A stretch of DNA of 64,000 nucleotides from the human T2T-CHM13v2.0 reference genome, Homo sapiens. A program made the translations under genes and the position numbers. Location: NCBI RefSeq assembly GCF_009914755.1, contig NC_060935.1; one strand, given 5' to 3'. The notes beneath the pieces are model-generated. The model ran no database searches. It worked only from the letters and a program-made list of their open reading frames with translations, and was not told the DNA's origin. Within the stretch, counting starts at the first letter, position 1, and each line of letters starts with the position of its first letter. Positions 14,300 through 27,370 of this stretch are shown here, in pieces.

Positions 14300-14535
14300 A
14301 TAATAATGTCTGACATTTATTGAATTCTTATTATAGACCAGGCAATGCTAAATATTTCACATGCATTATGTTATATAACCTCCAAAACAGCCCTCGAGGT
14401 GCTATTACTACCTGCATTTCATAGATGAGGAATAGGAGCTTAGGTTAATTTGCACAAATTCATGCAGGTGATAAATGAGACAGTTGGGATATGGAACTAG
14501 GATTTCTTGATTCTAAAGCCTGTACATTTAACTAG
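14300..14535 (+). mobile_element. MIR
   Basis: acatttattga...ccaggcaatgctaa...catttcatagatgaggaa. Confidence 0.8.
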
Positions 14536-14536
14536 C

Positions 14537-14770
14537 CAGTATTTTTCAAGTCATATTTTTTATAGTCCTCGGGTTCTGCAGATATACCTCAGAAGCAGCT
14601 ACTACAGAATAAACCATGGGGAGAAGGTGATGAAGGGAGACAGACTCTGAAGTTAAGAGTTCCTCAGGGTTGCTTCAACTGGAGCATCCAAACCTTTATC
14701 TCTTTTATAATTGAGGGTTATGCAGAAAGTTTTTCTTGGACAAATGGTTGTAACATGTTGGGAACTACTG
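14537..14770. mobile_element. hAT-Charlie MITE (MER103-like)
   Basis: cagtatttttcaa...ttgggaactactg decayed inverted termini. Confidence 0.5.
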
Positions 14771-16838
14771 CCTGACTCAATACTGATATTTAAGGGAAAT
14801 TTTCTCTGTCAGGAATCCTTTCTTTCCCATTTTTCTAATTCCTGAGTCTCATTTCCATAAAGACACAGAAGGAGCATTTGACTGACCTCTAGAGTGAGCT
14901 CATTCAGCTTGCGTCATTTGTAGTCCCTATTTATGAAACCAAAGGCTGCACAAAGTTTACTTAGCTGTCTTTTGAAGTACATGAAATACCGAGGGGTGGG
15001 TGTAATGGAACACTCCATCTAAGCCCACCTGTTTCTTATTTCAGATGTTAGATTTAGGAAATTGAATGTCAGGATGGGATATTGAGTGATTTCAGGAGAC
15101 TGGATCTTAAAAACATAAAGTGAAATGAAAGGAAATACAAACTGAGTAGAAGAGTTTTCAAAGGGCAGGTTCCTTAAGCATCTCAATAAATTAGTTGAGA
15201 ATGTGATTCAGCATGAAATCCGTTTCATCTCAGACATCTATCCTCGAGCTGCAGACTGGCTGGCATAGATTTCTGCCATCTGGCCTGGTTCCTTTTCTTC
15301 CTATCCTTGTTCTCCCAACTTAGACACCATCTTGTTTCCTGCCACTCAGGAGCAATCTGCCTAAACATGTATTTATGCACCAGCCCCAGTACTTTCCCAT
15401 CCATGATATAAGCCTCCTGTACTGCTTGCTGAGGATTTCTACTTTATTTCTGCATCCTACCTGGGGGCTAGGTCTAAGCCAGGACTCTTTTTTTCTAATC
15501 CTGGTGGTTAATACTGTTGGATTTCAGTGAAGACTCAGCTGTTCCTCATTCAGGTCATCTTAGTGATTACATGAATTCTAAGGGATCTACTCTTAAGCTT
15601 TTAAACTATGGCCTTGAGGAAGCTGTTCTGATTTATTATTGTTTAAGTGATTGTTAAATTAATTAATGCTACTAAGGAATTAATTATCTTTGATTGGGGG
15701 AGTTTTGTGCATAAGACCCCTTAATGTGGGGGAATTAGACCATGGATTTGAAACTTAGGAAGAAGATTATATTAGGTGACCTCCGGGATTGCAACTATTT
15801 CGATATATGCATTTGAAAACCAAGTAGGAGGCCACTATTTGGTACCCTTCAATTCACAGATGGCAGGGTAAGGCAGACTTAAACCCAGAATTTCACCTGG
15901 TCATAGCTATACAGTATGGATGCAAGTAAGAGACTGAGCCAGGTAAGGAGAGGGTAAGGAGAGGTGATAGGTGGGAGAAATGTTACCAGCTCCCCCCTCC
16001 CCACCCCCACCATGTGTTTGTGCATGGAGTTACTTATATTATTGCGAAGTGTTAGCTATTTTAATGTGATACAGTGATGAAAAGTACTCTCGGTGGAAAT
16101 TGCTTGTTATTGTTTAGATTATTTTATAAAGAAAAGTTTCTCGAAAGACCTGAAGAGACCCCAGGACCAAGAGTATCTGATGAGTGGTGGTAGTACCTCT
16201 AACTTTGGTGTCTTTCTTGGTTGAAATAAAATTGAAAAATGTCATACACCCAAAAACGTGACTTAAAATTAATTCAACTTAGCACCCTTTTTCCTTAGGG
16301 ATTCCTAAATCCTAGATTTCAGCCTTTTAAAAGTTACTGCAAAGATCATCAGGGATAAAAATAGTCATATTTAAACCCATAAGAGAACATTAATTTAAAT
16401 TATGATAATATGACCTATTAAAGAGATGCACTTTGGTCTCCCACCAGACCAGGCTAAAATAAATCAATTTTTGTTAATCTTTTGGTGGAGAAAATAGAAG
16501 TTATTTTCACTAGTGGTCAGAAATTAAAAATAAGTGAAACTGGCTACAATATATTGCCTTCCTCTTTAATGGTGTTTACACAGAGAGTGGATCATCTCTG
16601 CCATTTTTTCAGGCTTGCTACATTTCTTTAAGCTCAGCGTTTGAATGAAAATTGATCAAAAGCATCACAAATTTCGAGAAATATCAAGCAGATTCCTGCT
16701 CACATCAGGAGGAGCATAGAGAACATGACACAGGTGTTCATGGCTGTAGAGGGAAGAATACATAATAGTAGGTAGCATCTGTTCCTATTGGAGCTGATAA
16801 TAGAGCAAGACAAATACTTTACTTGAAAACTCAGACCT

Positions 16839-17302
<464 letters not shown>

Positions 17303-17739
17303 GAAAACTCAGACCTGACCAACACCTAAACCACCCTCTTATCTGTAACAGCATCTTCACAGGAAATTGGCCTCCATCCAAACCCCTCCTATCTTGCCTT
17401 TGAGTTCAACAAATTCATGGTGTTCTAAGTAGGGAACTGAAGATCAGGGTTGGACTACCTCTATCATGGTTAACAAAATTTCAAGATGTCAAACAATTTG
17501 AGGAGAATTCAAAGCAAAAAACAAAACAAAAAACTTTAAGATTGGGGTGGGGGTAGACACTAGAGAATGAATAAATGAATGCATTATCCCCAGGTGCTAA
17601 GATCACAGAAATGTCTTAGAAATAACAGATGACAACACATGAACATAACCAGTATATCCAACAGTTTTGGCTAATTGGAATGCAAATGCAAAAATGTTGT
17701 GTTTCCAATCATTATAGCTGAATTCTATTGAACTTAGTT

Positions 17740-17845
17740 TTTATTCATTCATTCTATATTTAGTGAGAACTCACTGTGATTTAGGTGCTGGGTATACAGC
17801 GATAAATAAAATCCTTGTTCTCATGGAGCTTGCACTGTTGTAGAT
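17740..17845 (-). mobile_element. L2 3' end
   Basis: ttcattcattc...taggtgctgggtatacagcgataaataaaatccttgttctcatggagcttgca. Confidence 0.7.
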
Positions 17846-19029
17846 AAGAGTTTTCCTTACAGTCTGATTCTATACTTTTCCAGATACTTTTATTTTGAAG
17901 CAATATGATCTAAGGATCTCTTTGTTTTGGGTTATTCTGTATGCTGTACTTAATGCTAGGTAGAGTGGCAAAGTGTTAGTTATACAACACTAGTGCAAAC
18001 AGATATGGAGGCACATTTTTGGCTTTGGAATATAGACAGCAGGGCAAGCAACTGGGACAAAGAGCATGGATGTAAAATAAGTAGGACAAGAGGACGAGAT
18101 TAAAAGCACAGGACAACAGGACAGTAGTAGATCTGAGGCTCCTGAGCACCAGGAACTAGTAGCTGAAACCAAGTGAGACACCTAGAGTTGGTTGGGTTGT
18201 GGGAGAAGGCAGAGGCTTGATACTCAAGGCTTATTAAGAAGTTACTGAGGCAGAATCTGTCAGGGAACTTGGAGGAAGGCATAAATAATGAATACAATTC
18301 AGGTGTGTGGGTCAGCAGCAAGCACCAGTGAACACCAGGGTCAAGAGCTAGCTCAGGTGTCTTGAGAAAATATAGCCAGAGATAAGTGGAAACAGAAAGA
18401 CAAGAATAAATCCAGTGAGAGGCCCAGAGGTAGCTGATTGAATGGACCACTAGGAGGTGGGAACCAGTGGGTGGGGCAAGTGAGATGAGGCTTATAGGAG
18501 TCAGCAGTAATCACAGGAGAAGGTTGCAGGTGTCAAGGTGGGAAAACCTAAGTTGGAACTGGCAGGTGCTTCTGCAAACAGGATGAGCATTGAGACTGAG
18601 AAATCTGAAGCAAAGAGGGAAAATTGTGAGATGGGAAGGAAGGTGGGAATCTGGGTGGGGGCCTGATCTGGAAGTTCAAAGGCCTTTTAACAGGAGGAGT
18701 AGGGTAGTTTGAGGAGAGTTGGCAGCTGGCTCTTTTGGGGTTGGAAAACCTTGGTTGAAAATGGCAGTTGACTTTGAAACAAAAAAGAAATTTTTGGGGG
18801 CTATCTCAGAACACCTAGGTTCCCCTCACTGGGGGACAGTCCTTCTCTTGAAGGACCCCATTGCATGGAAAAGGAAGCTGACATTTGTGAGCACGACTGT
18901 GCTTCAGACTGCATTAAAGACATTGTATAGACAAATAATAGTGATGGGTATTTTAATACATAGCTTTACTGCTTCCACTCTACCTTTTCTTCAGAAAACA
19001 GAGAAAATTATTGTTTTAACACATGAGTC

Positions 19030-22000
19030 AGGATTGGGACTACCAGGGTGGTGGTATGGAGGAGCTTACTGGACCCTTTCTCCAACCAAAGCAGCATGTA
19101 ACTGATAAAAATTACATATATGAAAAAGCCATTTGAAGTCTCTGGAAATTGTTCTTAGAGCATACAATGAATAAAGAAATGTTCAAGAAAATCTACCAAA
19201 TCTCAACAGGAACAGTGAGTCTGTGATGTTTGAACTAGAACTTATGCCCATCCTCCCCTTCCCCAGCCCCACGTGACAGAAACTCCACTATGGGTGCTTT
19301 CCTTTGGGCAGATGCAGCCAAGAAGATGTGCGCTTTCTTCCTGCAGCTCCCAGTTTAGGGCTATTGGTGCATTCTTGGGGACAGGCTGCCAGTGTCTCTT
19401 ACATGCTCTCCACCCTCCCAGTCCATGTCATATAAGCACTACTTTAGACAGGTGCTGCTGAGAGGATTGGTGCTACCATCTCTCACCCAGCTGCCACGTA
19501 TAGGGCAGGAGCTATGTTCTAGGCATTGCAGGCCAAGAATACTGGGGGCCCAAGTGCTCTCACCCCAGCCTGCTTGTGGGAGGAAGGCTTCATCCCAGCA
19601 GGGGAAAGCCTATAAAATGAGGGACTACTACCCTCCACCCCTCCTCCCCTATGCACCACTCCTAGAGCAATGGTGTCACTCCAGGAGAAGTGAGCTACCG
19701 TCCTCTCCCCAGCTCCACTAAAGTGGTACAGATGTTCTGCCTAGGAAAAGAGGCAGGATTTAAGGACAGCTAACCCACAACTCTGCTTGAGGGGACTCAC
19801 TTTATTCGGAGCAAAGTATGGAGAAGTTCACCCATAACAGTTTTGTGGAAGACAGTATCTTGGTAGCGAGTAATTAAGAACGGTTGGTAGTTCTGTGATA
19901 CTACTAGCAGAGAAGGAGATAACCAAGGAGAACCCTCCTCCTAGGTCACATCCCCGGAGGTCCAAAATACTGTGCACATGTGCCTGGTACCCACTCAGGA
20001 GCAATCAAAGTGGAATGTGGAGTAGACTCGAAAGCATTACCCAAGCCATACGCAGATCCTTCAGCAAAATGTGGAGCCTGACTGGGTTAAGGGATTTAGA
20101 CATAACCCATGACCAGCAGTGATTATGGAATAGGCTACTCTGAACCAGGGGTGACTCCTAGGGATCTACACTTCAAAATAAAATTATAGTCTTCCCTGGT
20201 GGTCTGAAAGACTGTATGCATACCCAAAGCTGTGACTGTTCAGGAGGAAATGGTGAAGGAACCTTTGAGCTGCTAGCCCCTGGTTGAACATGGGACAAAA
20301 CTGGAAACTTCCTGAACTGTGAAAACAATCTCGCAGCCACATATGCTTTTAATAGTAAAGAGCACATATCTCACTTACTAGCGGGGCTTAAGTTCAACTT
20401 CTGACTAAAAAGTAGTTTATACGGATCCAAGGGTGACCCCTAAAAACAGGGGAGAAAGTTAAAAGCAAGGAAAATAATCTGAACAGGAAGCTCAGAGGCT
20501 GCAAACTATGTGTGTTGTGGGGAATGAGCTTCAAGAATTAGTCTGGCCAAGTCAAAAAAAAAAGAAAAAATGACCAAACAATAGCATACCCCAAGGTAGG
20601 GGTGGGGATCAGTATCTAGTTACTACAGTATATTATCTAAAAGTACAATCTTCAACAAAAAATTAGAGATATGCAAAAAACCCCCAAGAACAACATGAAA
20701 GTGTGATACATACACAGGAAAAAAAAAGTTAATAATAGAAACTGCCTTTGAGGGGGCCAGGTGATGAACTTAGTCAACAAAGACTTCAAGGCAACCACTA
20801 TAAAAATGATCAAAGAAGTAAAAGAAACTATGTTTAAAGATTTAGAGGAAGGTATGATAACAATGACTTATCAAATAAAGGCTATAAAAAACAAATTTTC
20901 AAGAACCAAATATAAATTCTGGAGTTGAAATGTACCACAATTGAAATAAAATATTTCAATAAATAACAAAAATAAATAAATGTTTACTAAAGGGACTCAA
21001 CACAATATTTGAGTGGATGAAGGAACCACCAGAGAACTCAGATTATGCAATCTGAGAAACAAAGTAAAAATAATAAAGAAAAACAGTTTCAGAGAAATAC
21101 AAAATACCATTTAGTGCAGCAATATACATGTAATACCAGGAGAGGAGAGAAAGGAGTAGAAAAATATTCAAAGAAATCATGGTTGAAAACTTTCCAAATT
21201 TGATTAACACTAATATACACAACCAAGAAACTGAATGAACTCCAAGCAGGACAAAGGCAAAGAAATCCACACCCAGAAACATCATAGTCAAAAAGTTGAA
21301 AATGAAAAATCCAGACAGAAAAATTTTGAAAGCAGCATGAAAATCTCATGTACAAGAAAACCATAATAAGCTTAACAGTGAACATCACATCAGAAACAAT
21401 GAAAGCCAAAAGGCAGTGTGACAATGTTTTCAAAGTGCTGAAAGAAAATAACATGAAAAACTATCAAGAATCCTGTGTCCAGCAAAACTATTTTTTAAAA
21501 ATGAAGATGAAATCAAGTCTTGGATAAACAGAAATTGAGAAAATTTATTGCTGTCAGAGCTGCCTTATAAGAAATACTAAAGGAAGTTCTTCAGGATGAA
21601 AGGAAGTGACACCTGTCATTTGAATCTCCATGAAAAAACAAAGAGCTCTGATAAAAGTAATTCTGTAGGTGATGATAAAAGACAGCGTTATTGCAAATTA
21701 GCTCTTCTTCTGACTTAAAACAGTATCTAAAATTGTATTGTTGGAACTATAACATACAGAAACAATATATTTGATAACACCACAAAGGAAGGAGTGAGAA
21801 GGAAACTAATTGGCATTAGGAAATGACATCAGATGATAATTAAAATCCACAAGAAGTGAAGATAACCACAATTGGCAAATAAGAAGTTTCACATATATTT
21901 TTAAAAAACAATAAATATGTTTGTGTTCTCATTTCTTCTCTTAGATTTCATAAAAGACGTACTGTGTAAAAAGCAGTAATTACAATGTATTGTTAGGTTT

Positions 22001-22565
22001 GTAACATCTGTAGGCCTTAATATATTAAGAATAATAGCACAAAAAAGGGAGAGGGAATGAAGCAATATAGGAAAAGTTTTAATATCTTACTGGAATTAAG
22101 TTAGTTTTAATTTGAAGTAGATACTGATAAGATGTGTATTATAATGCCCTAGGGCACCACTAAGAAAATAACTGAAAATATATAGCTAAGAATCATTAAA
22201 GGAATTTAAATTGTATACTAGGAAATAATCACTTGAGACAAAGGAGATGGTAGAAGAGAAACGTATAAACAATAGAAACATATAAACAATGTAGCCATGA
22301 GACATGTAGAAAGCACAAGCCAAAGTGGTAATTGGCACTCCAAACATATCAATAATATTAAATGTAAATATATTAAACAATCTAATCAAAAGAAAGAGAT
22401 TATCAGATTTGATAAAAACAAAACATGACCCAGGAGTTACTTTAGATTCAAAGATATAAACAGGTTGAAAGTAAAAGAATGGAAAAAGATATACCATGCA
22501 AATATTAACCATAAGAGCTATGGAGTGACTATACTACTATCAGATAAATAGACTATAAGATCAAC
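19030..22565 (+). mobile_element. Old L1M (L1MC/MD-type) 5' half: 5' UTR, decayed ORF1, inter-ORF region, start of ORF2
   Basis: A-rich + strand; ORF1-like aagaaatcatggttgaaaactttccaaatt...cccagaaacatcatagtcaaa; ORF2 endonuclease-like WKKIYHAN...ILLSDKIDYK near 22480-22560. Confidence 0.85.
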
Positions 22566-22933
22566 TATGAGTCAGATCACATCATTTCTCTGGTCAGAAT
22601 CCTCTAGTAGCTTCCCTTTCCTGAGAAGAAAATCCAAACATTTAACCAGCAACTACTCCCCACTCCCTAATCTCATGTCATCATTCTCTGAAAATGCCTT
22701 TACTCTGTCCTACATTTTGATCTTAGGTTGCATAGGTATAGAATTCTTGGTTGGAAATTAGTTTTCCTCACTTGAAGACACTGCTCCATTTTTCCCTTCG
22801 GAAGCTTTAAGGATGGTTAGAGTATGCTCTTCAGCCCTAGTACTCTGAAATGTCATGAAAATGTACCAAAGTTTAGATTACTTTTCTTTCATTGTGCTGA
22901 ACACTCAATGGAATGGGCCCTTTTGATTTGTAA

Positions 22934-22934
<1 letters not shown>

Positions 22935-22976
<42 letters not shown>
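22935..22976. repeat. (TG)21 microsatellite
   Basis: Direct reading. Confidence 0.97.
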
Positions 22977-22977
<1 letters not shown>

Positions 22978-24350
22978 TCTCTCTTCTTCCTGTTTGCTCT
23001 GTTCTCCCTGTCTGGGATAACTTATTTACTAACTGTTTACTAGAGTGGGTTGCTTCTGTAAATGACGACTACCACCCATTGTGTGTTGAGTTTTATTAGT
23101 TTTTGCATTAGGCTATTTTCCTGTCTTATCCCAAAGTCTGGAAGGAACTTACTATAACCCTAAGTGCTCTAAACCTATTCTCTTGATCATCACTTGGCAG
23201 ACAATTGCACTTAATAAATACTTAACAATTGCCAAATGAACATTAGTTACTAGGGACTCAGAGGTGACCACATGATGACCCGAAACATGACTAACTATAC
23301 ATATGCCACTGCTCTAGGTGAGTTGGATGGGCCTGCATCTTCTCCCCCTGTCCTCACTTTCTTTGTTGGCTTCTGTGCTTCCTGACTCTGACTCTCATAA
23401 GTCTGATATTAGCTTCACTTGTGTCTTGACGCCACCTTACTCACCAATTCTCCCAAACTGTCTCCAGCCCCGTTCTCTGTGCATGTAACCTCTTGGTTCT
23501 TTTGGTCCTAAAATTCCTAAGATTAATAACCACCTAAAATATTATTAATTTACCTTTATTGGGCAAAACTAGATATCATAATCCTCACTTTTCATATGAG
23601 GCAAGCTGAAGATTGTCTGGATAAAAAGAATGAGGCTCTCAATCTAGGTCTTAGTCTAAAGTCTCATGCTTTTTCAACCTTGCATGCTGCCTCTCAGTCT
23701 GCACTGTGTTATCAGGAGCAAATGAAGCAAGCAGTGTTAGAATCTGCACAGATTTTGGTTATGTTAATGGGCATGCAAACTCTCCCTAAAGTTTTCTCAT
23801 TTTAAAAGCTGATTTCTGCAGCTAGAGTGATAAACACAGAAGAATGGATTTCTGTTAATAAGAATTAAGATGAGGTTATAGTTATGGGGATGGTGGGGTC
23901 AGGGGAGGTGGGCTGGATTACTGAGGATAGAGAGCCTTTTGTCAGTGCCATTAAAGAACCTCATCCAGGCACTGCTTGGACAAGCAGAGCCAGGTGATAA
24001 CAGCAGAGTTTTTGTTGGCATTGCTTCTCCCACAGATGACAAAGCCAAGGACAATGTGTTCCAGCTTCAGGGGGAAGCAAGTTGTGCATTAGGAGGTAAA
24101 TCTGTGGCTTGCAAAAGGTTGAATAAGATGCCTCTTAAAAAAAGCTCAGCAATCAGCTAAATTTAGCGTGGAGAGCACCATCCAGGCCAAGAATATTCTT
24201 TGGCCTTTGGCCCATAGCATTTTCATTTGACGGGGAATTGGATGCATTTTCATTTCCTCTAAGCTTTTCTCTTAACTCTCAGTACCTTCGCCTTTGGAGG
24301 CAGGAGTCTATGTGCTAATAGTTGGCTGAGGCCCCGTAGCTGATTCATGT

Positions 24351-24769
24351 TGGGTTAGGCTGTTGTTACATTGCTATAAAGAAATACCTGGGACTGGGTA
24401 ATTCATAAAGAAAAGGGCTTTAATTGGCTCACAGTTCTGCAGGCTGTATAGAAAGCATAGCACCAGCATCTGCTTCTGGTGAGGTCTCAGGAAGCTTCCA
24501 ATTATGGCAGAAGGCAAAGAAAAAGCAAGCATGTCACATGGTGTGAGTGGGAGCAAGAGAGAGACCTGGGACTATGTGGGGGAGGCACCACACTCTTTTA
24601 AACGGCCAGATTTCATGAGAAGGAATGCACTATCACAAGGACAGCACCAAGGGGATGGTGCTGAACCATTCATGAGAAATCCCATCACCTCCCACTAGGT
24701 CCCACCTCCAACACTGGGGATTACATTTCAACATGAAATTTGGTGGGGACATATATTCAAACTATATCA
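24351..24769 (-). mobile_element. MSTA/MSTB-like MaLR solo LTR
   Basis: ttgctataaagaaatacctg...ggctcacagttctgcaggctgta...cccacctccaacactggggattacatttcaacatga; TSD catgt at 24346-24350 and 24770-24774. Confidence 0.93.
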
Positions 24770-25164
24770 CATGTCTCTGCTCATAATGACAGTTAAGGAT
24801 GGTCTTGCTGCCCGTTTTCAGTGAGAGATTGGGTGTTCACTGTGATGTTTTCATATAATGTTTTTCGTATGTCATCCATCTGGAGGAGGCTTTCTTGACT
24901 CTCCCCTCTCTTCTCATTATCCTTTGCATTCCCTTCTCTGAACTTTATTCTTTTTCTTTGAAGTTGTTTTCAAAGACAAGAAGATCTTTGGCAATGCGAG
25001 CCCTTTGCAGACCATAGTGAATGCCTGTTCATCTGCTCATTGATTCAGTGCCACTACTGCATGTCAAATGCCACAGCTTCCAGGGTACCCAGCTTTCTAC
25101 CTACCATCTGATTTCCCAGAATGTAGAAATGGACATCCAAATCTGTGGAAAATTCAGAAACAAT

Positions 25165-25320
25165 AAGATAGAGTAAAATAAAGTGTGAACTCTGGCATCA
25201 GCAGGTCCAAGTTCCAATACCAACTTTGCTATTTACTTGACATGTTATTTACCTCTCTGAGCATGATTTTTCTTGTCTGTGAGAAGGTGATAATAACTTG
25301 TAAGTTCTTTTCTGGCTTAA
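25165..25320 (-). mobile_element. MIR fragment
   Basis: actctggcatcagcagg...ttccaatacc...ttatttacctctctgagc. Confidence 0.6.
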
Positions 25321-25602
25321 AAGGGGTACTGATAGGTATTCTTTAAGTGTCGGTTTTCTTCTCTCTTTTCTTACAAGGAACAACTGGTTTGGCTTTGTTA
25401 CTCTTTACTCTGCCCTCTGATATTGCATATTCAGCAGAACCGATCTCTGGGTCTTACAGTCACCTAGCTGGCTCATTGTGAACTCTAGGGAGAGTACCTG
25501 GTTTTTGTGCCTGGGTACTTCCACTTCCCTTTCACCAGGTTTATTGGTTTGTTCCTCAGTAGACCTGAGTAGTTTTTTATCCCAACCATTAATCTGGTTT
25601 GG

Positions 25603-25960
25603 ATTCACTCATTCATTAAACAAATATTTATTGAGCACTTCTATATGCCAACACTGTGTTAAGTGCTGGAGACATATTCTCTGTCCTCAAGGAACCTACA
25701 GTTTAGTGAAGATAGACAAGTCAATGCACAACTACAATGGTGTCAACTAATGCCCGTGTAGGTGAAGACACACATAGAAAGGGTACTGAAACCAACCTGG
25801 GGACTCACCAAGGGCTTTGTGCAGGAAGAGACATTTATACTGACATTCAAGAATGAGTAGGGACTGGCCAGGCAGAGACATGGATGGGTAGAGTAGGTGT
25901 GAAGGATGATGAAAGTGAAGGCAGTGCATATATGTGCAGCATCAAATAGGCTGGGCCTCC
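25603..25960 (-). mobile_element. L2 3' fragment
   Basis: attcactcattcattaaacaaatatttattgagcacttctatatgcca...gtcctcaaggaacctacagtttagt. Confidence 0.8.
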
Positions 25961-26491
25961 GCAGAGATTGAGCTGACTGTGGCACTGTCTACCTACCAGC
26001 ACCTGGGAGGCTGCTGGGATTGGAGTTATTTTAGGGAGACAGATCATCAAGGATGGCTGGCAAGACTTGTCTCTTTGTGAAGTATTTTACAAAATACTTA
26101 ATGACTTTTCAGAGACTCTTTGGAAATAGTCCCAGTGTGATATTTCTGTTGGTCAATGGGTAGGTGTTTGCATGCATTTATGTGTGGAGAGGTGCAAAGT
26201 GTAGGGGAAAGTCACTTCTCTCTTAATTTTTGTGCCATGATGTTAAATGTATTTTCTTTGTGGGACATTTATTCTTGAGGTCCAATCAGTCACTTTGAAG
26301 AACAAAGTGTGACATCTTCAGCCCAGCTGGGCCCATGTGCCCATGCCTGCCTGAGTTGCTCAAGCCCTCTCATTGGTCCTAAACGAGACACTGCTACTTT
26401 AGACAGGGTTTAGGTTGGCTGATGGGGAGGAGGAACATATAACATGTGAATCAGGGTCATGGATCCCTGCCCAGGCATAAGGGGCAGGCAT

Positions 26492-26493
<2 letters not shown>

Positions 26494-26540
<47 letters not shown>
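26494..26540. repeat. (GT)~23 microsatellite
   Basis: Direct reading. Confidence 0.97.
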
Positions 26541-26542
<2 letters not shown>

Positions 26543-27179
26543 GCAGGTGAGTTGGAAGCCACATCTCAAAGCTGGCTGCTGCTTTTCACCTTCCTTCTCT
26601 GATGCTCCTGCCCTGCCTATCTACCACATGTGGGGAACACCTAGGTGCTTCATTACAAAGTCTGATTGCTTAGCTAGTTAGAGTCAAAGTGACTCAGTGC
26701 TTTCAAGTCTATCTTGGTTGGAAGAGAGCTTCTACCTGAAATTTGCAGCCATAATCTCAGAGAAGGAGGATTCTCTCTATTCTCCTGTTCTCCTTTCCTT
26801 GCTCCCCAGTTGCCTTTGGATACAATACAAGGTAGTCCTGTTTGATCTAGATTCTTCAGATCCTGAATTGGTCAGAAATGCTAATCTTGTCCAGCAATTC
26901 TGGTAGATCCCAAGGCTGATATCTCTGTATAACCCTAGATACAATGCCTTCTAGCATCTTCATCTATTTGTATCTTTGAATCTGAATTCCCTTATTGCCA
27001 GAGGATAATCTCTGAGATTCTTTAGTTTATTTTGCGTGTGATGGGAAGTAAGGTGACTTCTTCAAGATTCCAGAGCTAGTTGAGAGCAAGGTCACTAATT
27101 GTTAACCCAGTACTCTTTCCACTAAATATCAACAACTTTATCTACATTCTCTATGTATGGCCCCGAAGTGTGGGAGAGA

Positions 27180-27370
27180 ACTGATGTGCTAGACATTGTG
27201 CTAAGGGATTTACACATATTTCCCTCATCCATTCATCATCCTAGCTCCTGAAATAGGGCCATTGACCCTGATAGTAAAAGAAGGGAACGGATTCAGAGAG
27301 GGAAGCAACTTATTCACAGATGGAGCTGGAGTTTGAAGCAAGGTCCAAAGCTTATGTTTTTACTTCGAGG
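27180..27370 (+). mobile_element. MIR fragment
   Basis: tgtgctagacattgtgctaagggatttacaca...attcagagagggaagcaactt...ggagctggagtttgaagc. Confidence 0.65.

Noticed and set aside
16590-16770. Splice-acceptor-like sites on both strands (ttttttcag on +, ttccctctacag on -)
   Set aside because: Early stop codons, no recognisable protein and no convincing matched donor
18719-19105. 128-aa ORF
   Set aside because: Non-ATG start, no recognisable homology, runs into the L1M 5' end; expected by chance
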